From the NCBI GenBank assembly GCA_965232465.1, contig OZ246977.1, positions 1,348,649-1,412,648 of the forward strand: 64,000 nucleotides of DNA. Reading direction: 5' to 3'. Origin of the DNA: Alphaproteobacteria bacterium. GTDB taxonomy: Bacteria; Pseudomonadota; Alphaproteobacteria; JAQWUY01. Below, piece by piece: positions 57,334 through 64,000 of the stretch. The position numbers were made by a program, and so were the translations under genes. Below the pieces are notes generated by a model. It was not told where the DNA came from, made no database searches, and saw nothing but the letters and a program-made list of their open reading frames with translations. Position 1 is the stretch's first letter. The number at the start of each line of letters is the position of its first letter.

Positions 57334-58620
57334 ATGTCTGATAAGTATCAAGAGGATTATGCTGTTTCTGTTATTCCACGGGATAAAAGGCGGTCTTTAT
57401 TAAGTCTAACATTAGTATGGACCGCAACTGTTATCACTGTATCTGGGTTGGTTGTCGGATCATTTTTGGTGGCGGGAATGTCCTTGCAAGGGGCATTTAC
57501 TGCGGTTATACTTGGTAACATTTTACTAACTGTTATTGGTGGTATCATCGGTACCATGGGGGCCCGTCAAGGGGTTGGCTCTGCCATGCTTGCCCGTCAT
57601 ACATTTGGACGGCAAGGGGCAAAAATCATTGCTATTTGTGTTGCGATTGTTATGCTTGGATGGTTTTCTTTCCAAATCGATGTATTTGGTAAAACCTTAA
57701 ATGCTATGTTCCCCAATGGTGGATTTATCTTTAGTCCACAGGTGGCTGCTATTTGGGGCGGTGTGTTAATGACCTTAACCGCTTATATGGGATACCGTGG
57801 GTTATCCATGTTAAGTACAGTTGCCGTACCTGTTTTGGTGGTTCTGGCACTGGTTGGGGTGATGACTGTTATTGGCAAAGATGGTGGCTTTGGGGTTATT
57901 GCTTCTTATGTACCTGAGGGGACTATGGCAATGGCTGTGGCGATTGACATTGTTGCTGGTGCGGTGATTGCTGGTGCGTGTGTACAAGCGGACATTATGC
58001 GGTATGCAAAATCCGATAAGGATGTGTGGATTTCCACCGCTATTGGCTTTATGATTGCCAATGCGTTTATGATGATGGTCGGTTATATGCTGTCTGTTTC
58101 TAGTGGTACTTGGGACTTACCAGCGGCGATGGTTGGCTTAGGCTTGGGTATTCCGGCATTGTTGGTGTTGGTATTGGCACAATGGACAACCAACGACAGC
58201 AACTTGTACTGGTCGTCTTTGAGTTTTGCCAACATTGTCAATGTGGAAAAACGCAAAATTGTACTAGTATGTGGTGCATTGGGAATTTTGGCAACATTAT
58301 TGGGTATTGCTGATAACTTTGTATCCTTCTTATTGGTATTGGGTAAAACCATTCCACCGATTGCAGGTATCTTTGTTGCCGATTATTTCTTTGTTTCCAA
58401 AGGACAGTACATATATGGTAAAGGCACCAAGTACAGCCAATGGCAAGTGTCCGCACTTATTGCATGGGTAGTGGCGATTGTCGTTGGATTTAAAGTCACT
58501 TGGGGTGTTAGTGTAATTAACGCCCTTGTCGTATCGTTTGTAGTGTATTTCGTCTTAGCCAAAGTGTTAAACCAGAAAATATCTGTGGGCGAATACGAAG
58601 AACAAGACAACGGGTTTTAA
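57334..58620 (+). CDS. NCS1-family nucleobase/hydantoin-type permease (CodB/PucI-like)
   Basis: 12-TM protein; the N-terminal region (SLLSLTLVWTATVITVSGLVVG, GARQGVGSAMLARHTFGRQGAK) is typical of cytosine/allantoin/hydantoin permeases. GAGGGAG ribosome-binding site. Confidence 0.75.
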   Translation: MSDKYQEDYAVSVIPRDKRRSLLSLTLVWTATVITVSGLVVGSFLVAGMSLQGAFTAVILGNILLTVIGGIIGTMGARQGVGSAMLARHTFGRQGAKIIAICVAIVMLGWFSFQIDVFGKTLNAMFPNGGFIFSPQVAAIWGGVLMTLTAYMGYRGLSMLSTVAVPVLVVLALVGVMTVIGKDGGFGVIASYVPEGTMAMAVAIDIVAGAVIAGACVQADIMRYAKSDKDVWISTAIGFMIANAFMMMVGYMLSVSSGTWDLPAAMVGLGLGIPALLVLVLAQWTTNDSNLYWSSLSFANIVNVEKRKIVLVCGALGILATLLGIADNFVSFLLVLGKTIPPIAGIFVADYFFVSKGQYIYGKGTKYSQWQVSALIAWVVAIVVGFKVTWGVSVINALVVSFVVYFVLAKVLNQKISVGEYEEQDNGF

Positions 58621-58644
58621 TTCCATATTGTAAGGTACAAACAC

Positions 58645-59724
58645 ATGGGCATGCAACACTTAACCTTGGCGGATATAGAAGCCCTACGGGTTGGCACATG
58701 GGTCTTGGGTACGGGGGGCGGTGGCAACCCGTATCACATGGCTTTGGGGGCAACATTATTAGCCAAACAAACAGCCAAAAATGCACACTTGATACAAGTG
58801 GACGATTTAGCAGAAGATGCCTTGGTGGCAATGGTGGCGTTCATTGGGGCACCTCTCGTGTGTTTGGAAAGGTTACACGATTATGAACAATCGTTAAGAC
58901 CTATTCGTATCTTAGAACAAAAAATGGGCAAAAAAGTCGACGCTTTATTGCCTTTGGAAATTGGCGGTGCCAATGGTATGTATGCATTCCCCATCAGTGT
59001 GGCAACAGGGATTCCTGTTGTCGATGCGGACTGTATGGGGCGGGCGTACCCAGAATTACAAATGATAACCCCCGCCATAAATAATGAACCTTGCCCCCCT
59101 GCGGTTATGAGTGATATTCGCAATTCCGATGTGTATTTTCCCAATTTTGAATCATGGGATTGGGGCGAACGCTTAATGCGGGTTACCTGTGCGGAAATGG
59201 GGGCAGTGGCGTGTATGGGGTTTGCACTAACTGGTGAACAAGTAAAGCAAAGTTCCATTCATGGTACCATTACCCAAGCCAAAAATATTGGCAATGCGTT
59301 AATTTCAGCAAACAAAAATAACCAATGCCCGATTCAAGCATTACAGGACACCACCCCCAGTAAATTTTTATTTGAAGGTAAAGTGGTGGATGTAAACCGC
59401 CGTATTGAAAGGGGATTTTTAAAAGGAAAATTAACCATTAAAGGTACGGGAAATTACACAGAGGATGAACTGTTAATCCATTTCCAAAATGAATTTTCTG
59501 TTGCCCTGTTAAATAATGAAGTATTGGTGACAACCCCCGATTTAATCTGTGTACTCGACACGGTAAGCGGTGACGGTGTGGGAACAGATGCGGTGCGATA
59601 TGGACAACGGTTGTCTGTGCTTGCATTACCCACAGACCCGATTTATTTATCAAAAGGTGGATTAAAAGCCGTATCGCCAAGGGCGTTCGGTTTTGATATG
59701 GATTATAAATCTGTATTTGTGTAA
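58645..59724 (+). CDS. DUF917-family protein
   Basis: 359 aa; GTGGGGNPY near the N-terminus and overall length fit DUF917 (PF06032), a family commonly adjacent to hydantoinase/oxoprolinase-family genes. Confidence 0.6.
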   Translation: MGMQHLTLADIEALRVGTWVLGTGGGGNPYHMALGATLLAKQTAKNAHLIQVDDLAEDALVAMVAFIGAPLVCLERLHDYEQSLRPIRILEQKMGKKVDALLPLEIGGANGMYAFPISVATGIPVVDADCMGRAYPELQMITPAINNEPCPPAVMSDIRNSDVYFPNFESWDWGERLMRVTCAEMGAVACMGFALTGEQVKQSSIHGTITQAKNIGNALISANKNNQCPIQALQDTTPSKFLFEGKVVDVNRRIERGFLKGKLTIKGTGNYTEDELLIHFQNEFSVALLNNEVLVTTPDLICVLDTVSGDGVGTDAVRYGQRLSVLALPTDPIYLSKGGLKAVSPRAFGFDMDYKSVFV

Positions 59725-59748
59725 AATTTATGTAAGGAAAGACAAATT

Positions 59749-61287
59749 ATGAAAACTATCGGCATAGATGTAGGCGGTACAAATACGGATGCAGTTTTGG
59801 TGGAAAATGGCAAGGTATTACAGTCGTGTAAAACTTTGACCACAGAAGATGTTATTACTGGTATCAAAAACGCCCTAACCCATATATTGGAATCCGCAGG
59901 TGAACAGGCAAAAGGGCTTGGGGCGGTTATGATTGGCACCACCCATTTTGTCAATGCGGTTATCCAACGCAAATGTATTTCAAAGGTTGCCACCTTGCGA
60001 ATTTCCGCCCCCGCATCGACAAAACTGTATCCCACTTGCGATTGGTCCGAAGATTTGGCACAGTGTGCAAATGGGGGACATTATATGATTGAGGGGGGCT
60101 TTGAATTTGATGGACGGGAAATTGTGCCGTTAAATGAAGATATGATTCATTATGCCATTCGACAGATTAAAGCCGATGGGATAAACTGTATCGCCATATC
60201 GTCCGCATTCGCCACCATTCGCAACGACCATGAAAAACGAGCGTTGAAAATCGTACAACAACACATGCCCAATGTGCTTGTAACCCTGTCCAGTGATATT
60301 GGCAAAGTGGGGCTGTTAGAACGGGAAAATGTAACAATTTTAAATTCTGCCTTATTACCACTATCCCACAAAACAATTGATTCCTTTGAACAGGCGTTGC
60401 AAAGCATTAACCTAGATGTACCTTTATATATTACGCAAAATGACGGTACTATTACCACTGCGGATGTCGCCCGCAATCGTCCCGTATTCAGTTTCGCATC
60501 GGGACCGACCAACAGTATGCGGGGGGCGGTGTTCTTGTCCGGGGTTGACGAAGCGGTGGTTTGCGATGTGGGGGGAACGACCTCTGATTTGGGATATGTA
60601 AAAAATGGCTATCCGAGGGAAGCAAACAATGTAGTGAAAGTGGGCGGTGTACGGACGCTGTTTCGTATGCCTGATGTGTTCAGTATCGCCCTTGGCGGTG
60701 GCACCATGGTACACAAAGACAGTGCCGTTGGACCTTTAAGTGTGGGGTATAGATTATTTGAAGACTCCATCAGTAATGGCGGTACTGTGTTAACCACCAC
60801 CGATATTATGGTGGCAACCGATGTATTAGATATTGGCGATAAAGTACAATTAAACCACTTGTCAAACGATTATATCCAATCTGTACTTAACAATATAAAA
60901 GGTATGGTAACCGATGCGGTAGATCAAATAAAATCTGACAACCGTGCCGTACCATTATTAGCCGTTGGCGGTGGGGCATGCCTTATTCCCGATAAAATCG
61001 AAGGCATATCCCAAGTCATTAAAGTGGAAAACGCCGGCGTCGCCAATGCGGTCGGGGCGGCAATTGCCCAAATCAGCGGATATGTGGATTGTGTCATCAG
61101 CGATATGAACCGTGAAGATGCTCTGGCAAAAGCCACCGCATACGCCAAACAAGATGCGGTACAAAAAGGGGCAGATGAACGCACCTTAGAGGTCATAGAA
61201 ATCGAAGACATTCCCATGAATTATATGCCAGGAAACAACCTACAAATAAAGATAAAAGTGGTGGGCGATATTAAAGGTTTTGTATAA
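59749..61287 (+). CDS. Hydantoinase/oxoprolinase-family protein (HyuA-like, A-subunit type only)
   Basis: N-terminal IGIDVGGTNTDAVL (Hydant_A_N) and an ATPase-fold middle region (VVCDVGGTTSD). No HyuB partner is present. Confidence 0.75.
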   Translation: MKTIGIDVGGTNTDAVLVENGKVLQSCKTLTTEDVITGIKNALTHILESAGEQAKGLGAVMIGTTHFVNAVIQRKCISKVATLRISAPASTKLYPTCDWSEDLAQCANGGHYMIEGGFEFDGREIVPLNEDMIHYAIRQIKADGINCIAISSAFATIRNDHEKRALKIVQQHMPNVLVTLSSDIGKVGLLERENVTILNSALLPLSHKTIDSFEQALQSINLDVPLYITQNDGTITTADVARNRPVFSFASGPTNSMRGAVFLSGVDEAVVCDVGGTTSDLGYVKNGYPREANNVVKVGGVRTLFRMPDVFSIALGGGTMVHKDSAVGPLSVGYRLFEDSISNGGTVLTTTDIMVATDVLDIGDKVQLNHLSNDYIQSVLNNIKGMVTDAVDQIKSDNRAVPLLAVGGGACLIPDKIEGISQVIKVENAGVANAVGAAIAQISGYVDCVISDMNREDALAKATAYAKQDAVQKGADERTLEVIEIEDIPMNYMPGNNLQIKIKVVGDIKGFV

Positions 61288-61495
61288 AAAGCTATAAACG
61301 CTTAAAACCAAAAAAAATCGAATGTAATCATTTTATACGAATTTAACTATAATTTTTTTTGGCTGTAATTTTTTTAAAAAAAGCCTTGCATGGCGATTGA
61401 ATGGGAAGTGAATTTTACTTTATCATTTATTGGATATGTAGTATATATTATATATTAGGTGTCATAGGCTATCAAATATATAAAAGAATGTGTTA

Positions 61496-62093
61496 TATGA
61501 AATTGGATATAAACCCACATTTTGAACAGGCTTTGCGGATCATGGAAAATACCTGTCAGCATCTGTTTATTACGGGCAAGGCGGGGACGGGGAAGTCTAC
61601 TTTGTTGGAATGTTTTTGTGCCAATACCCATAAACAAGTGGTGGTGTTAGCACCCATGGGCGTATCAGCACTGCATGTTAAGGGACAGACCATTCACAAG
61701 TTTTTTAACTTTTATATTGATGTGACCGTTGAACAAATTGAATATGGAGAAATCGTTTCAAGGAATCCCGAAATATATAAAAGTATTGATACCATCATTA
61801 TCGACGAAGTATCCATGGTGCGGGCGGATTTATTGGATTGTATCGATGCGTTTATGTCCGCATATGGTCCGCAACAAGACACACCTTTTGGCGGGGTGCA
61901 AATGGTGTTTATTGGCGACTTGTACCAACTGCCCCCGGTGGGCAAAGGGGAAAGACAGGTATTTCGGGACTATTATACATCACCCTATTTTTTCAGTGCG
62001 GATGTTATGAACGATATATCACTGGATATTATCGAACTGGAAAAGGTCTATCGACAAAAAGATGCGGACTTTATCAAAATAAACAGCAAATAA
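61496..62093 (+). pseudogene. Truncated Pif1/RecD-like DNA helicase (N-terminal ~200 aa only)
   Basis: Walker A FITGKAGTGKST, Walker B IIIDEVSM and the Pif1 signature KVYRQKD.DFI are followed directly by a stop. The C-terminal helicase domain is missing and recO follows. Confidence 0.6.
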
Positions 62094-62199
62094 ACCAAAA
62101 AGTCTATCTTAACTTTAACAGTTAGTGGTCCAAACGATGGGGTCCACTTCTAATATCCTTTTATACTTAATATAGGTGGGGATATTTAACTATTTATAG

Positions 62200-62949
62200 T
62201 CAAATATTGGTTGTATCAATACGATTATAAAACCAGTTCTGCAGCCTTATGCGGGTGTCGGGCAAATGGGTTTTACCACAATCGTACAGAAATTTTTTAA
62301 TGAAATAAGCGGATAAAGACAGGCTGTCATAATAGTGTTGGTATGATGGTCTGCAATCCATATTAGGGGTATTTTGCAATAAAAAAGGCGGTAAAGGTAA
62401 TAATTTTTTCTTATATGTCTGCCCCGCCCCCCAGCTAACAGCACGCCCCGATTTTGGGGATACGAATACCAAATTTTCGGTGGTATTAGTGGCGGCACAT
62501 TTCGATAAATCCAATCCATACCCCATAACAGTTAATAAAGACACTTCCCATTTGCAATATGCATATGCCCAATAATCGCTATCGAGTATCACAAAAAGAT
62601 TTAATATATCGTCAAACAATCCCACATACGATTGCCCCATTACTGTAACCATATCCACCAACGACAACGCACTATTAAATGCCAGTAATTTATCTGATTG
62701 TGATAAAAAAGGCACAGCATGTGGGCGTATTAAATCGATTTTAAAGCGTCCCAGTTGCCCTTCGGTCCGCACCCGATAAAAAACGCTTATGGCGTTGCCT
62801 ATTTCAAGGGTTGGGCGATGGCGTTTGGAATACGCCCCTTTTACGACACCATTTATTTTACCGTGGTTTTGGCTGTATACAGTCACCACAGCGTCATATT
62901 CGCTAAGCCGTATAGTTTTTAAAACTATTGCTGTATCTTGCCATTCCAT
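62200..62949 (-). CDS. recO: DNA repair protein RecO
   Basis: 249 aa; N-terminal OB fold (WQDTAIVLKTIRLSEYDAVVTVYSQNHGKINGVVKGA) and a C-terminal RecO helical domain. Confidence 0.85.
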   Translation of the reverse strand: MEWQDTAIVLKTIRLSEYDAVVTVYSQNHGKINGVVKGAYSKRHRPTLEIGNAISVFYRVRTEGQLGRFKIDLIRPHAVPFLSQSDKLLAFNSALSLVDMVTVMGQSYVGLFDDILNLFVILDSDYWAYAYCKWEVSLLTVMGYGLDLSKCAATNTTENLVFVSPKSGRAVSWGAGQTYKKKLLPLPPFLLQNTPNMDCRPSYQHYYDSLSLSAYFIKKFLYDCGKTHLPDTRIRLQNWFYNRIDTTNI

Positions 62950-62955
62950 AAAGGA

Positions 62956-64000
62956 TTATCCACTGTATGTATCGTCATTGCGTAATACATGAATTTTTAC
63001 AGTGGTTTTTTTGCCTGTTTTTTGTAATATTGCCTTACGCATGGCACTTCGCACCTTTTCAACCACTTTGTTGTCCTGCATAATGTCTTTATTGGACAAT
63101 TTTTCCACCGCTTGTATTACCAAATCAATCAAAGCGGTATGGTCCGCTTCATCAGGCATATGCAATCCTTCGATTTGAATTTGCGGTTCACACAATAAAC
63201 TGCCATATGTATCCAATGCAATGGACACCATAGCCAACCCAGTAAACGCCATTTTTTTACGTTGCCTGATGGCACTGTTATCAGACGCAGTTATTTGCGT
63301 ACCATCCAATACCCATTCCCCTGTATGCACTTTGCCAACACACAATGCCCCCTCAGCCGAAAGCGACATTAAATCCCCATTTTTTAATACAAATGCCTGT
63401 TCGACCCCACATTCCATTGCCAGTTGTGCATGGCGATATAAGTGTATGTTTTCCCCGTGCATAGGAATGGCATATTTGGGCTTTAAGTGGGTATATAATT
63501 CGGCAATTTCCACCCCTGACCCATGTCCCGACGCATGTACAAACGCATCGGAAGTATTGATAATTTCCACCCCATTTTCCACAAATAACGATTGAATATA
63601 CCCAACCGATACTTCATTGCCGGGGATACAACGGGCGGAAAATATAACCGTATCACCCTTGCCCAATTTTACATCACGGTGTTCGTTGCGGGCAACACGG
63701 GCAAGCCCCGCCCGCCATTCGCCCTGTGACCCTGTACAAATATACAACAGTTTTGATTTACAAATATCTCTGACTGCATCCGCTTCATAGACTTGCGGAA
63801 TATCCTGAAAATATCCAGATTTTTTGGCACAATCCAACATGCGCCATAAGCTTTTGCCAACAAATACTACCTGACGATTACATTTTCGTGCCGCTAACAA
63901 AAAACTTTCCAACCGTGCCAAATTCGATGCAAAACAAGTTACCGCCACACCCCCCGCCAGCCCTGCCAGCACCTCCATAATAGAATCCCGTACATCCCCT
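62956..64000 (-). CDS. rnj: Ribonuclease J (beta-CASP metallo-beta-lactamase RNase), 5'-partial at the window edge
   Basis: Beta-CASP and C-terminal domain motifs (SGHGSGVEIAELYTHLKPKYAIPMHGE). The frame stays open to the end of the window, so the N-terminal MBL domain lies outside. Confidence 0.75.
   Translation of the reverse strand, partial: GDVRDSIMEVLAGLAGGVAVTCFASNLARLESFLLAARKCNRQVVFVGKSLWRMLDCAKKSGYFQDIPQVYEADAVRDICKSKLLYICTGSQGEWRAGLARVARNEHRDVKLGKGDTVIFSARCIPGNEVSVGYIQSLFVENGVEIINTSDAFVHASGHGSGVEIAELYTHLKPKYAIPMHGENIHLYRHAQLAMECGVEQAFVLKNGDLMSLSAEGALCVGKVHTGEWVLDGTQITASDNSAIRQRKKMAFTGLAMVSIALDTYGSLLCEPQIQIEGLHMPDEADHTALIDLVIQAVEKLSNKDIMQDNKVVEKVRSAMRKAILQKTGKKTTVKIHVLRNDDTYSG

Noticed and set aside
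61838-62125. The 95-aa plus-strand ORF overlapping the end of the helicase fragment, as a possible frameshifted helicase continuation.
   Set aside because: Its translation (MYRCVYVRIWSATRHTF...) has no helicase motifs. It is an out-of-frame overlap.

Overview
This is an AT-rich bacterial chromosome segment. Its gene order fits an alphaproteobacterium: plsX-fabH-ihfA-MerR, sdhE-mfd divergent from recG, and a small alpha-type FtsL. That assignment is an inference. Positions 1-36.3 kb are core housekeeping. They hold a BCCT osmolyte transporter, an amino-acid ABC binding protein, maeB, tRNA-Ser(GCU), parE, ihfA, fabH, plsX, yceD, infA, mfd, sdhE, recG and bamE. They also hold a complete dcw cluster, mraZ-rsmH-ftsL-ftsI-murE-murF-mraY-murD-ftsW-murG-murC-murB-ddl-ftsQ-ftsA, on the minus strand with no ftsZ after ftsA. 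Divergent from mraZ is a 5.3-kb gene for a repetitive, GC-enriched surface protein. It has an N-terminal intimin/invasin-like beta-barrel and Ig-like tandem repeats, so I read it as an inverse-autotransporter adhesin. A 14-nt poly(A) tract lies in its promoter spacer. Downstream come valS, a TolC-family channel and tRNA-Cys. From about 46.6 kb to 62.1 kb the region looks accessory and is visibly decaying. It has a Na/Pi cotransporter, a SuhB-like phosphatase, a LacI regulator and a ugpQ-ugpC-ugpE-ugpA-ugpB locus. In that locus ugpE is broken by an IS5-family element and a TGA nonsense codon, and ugpA by a 67-bp insertion. Next come an IS3-like transposase remnant, a groEL 3' fragment, an intact NCS1 permease + DUF917 + hydantoinase/oxoprolinase-family module, and a truncated Pif1-like helicase. 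recO and a partial RNase J gene follow. A small MITE-like repeat family with ATATAGTCAAT-type terminal inverted repeats occurs at three sites. No rRNA or CRISPR array was found.
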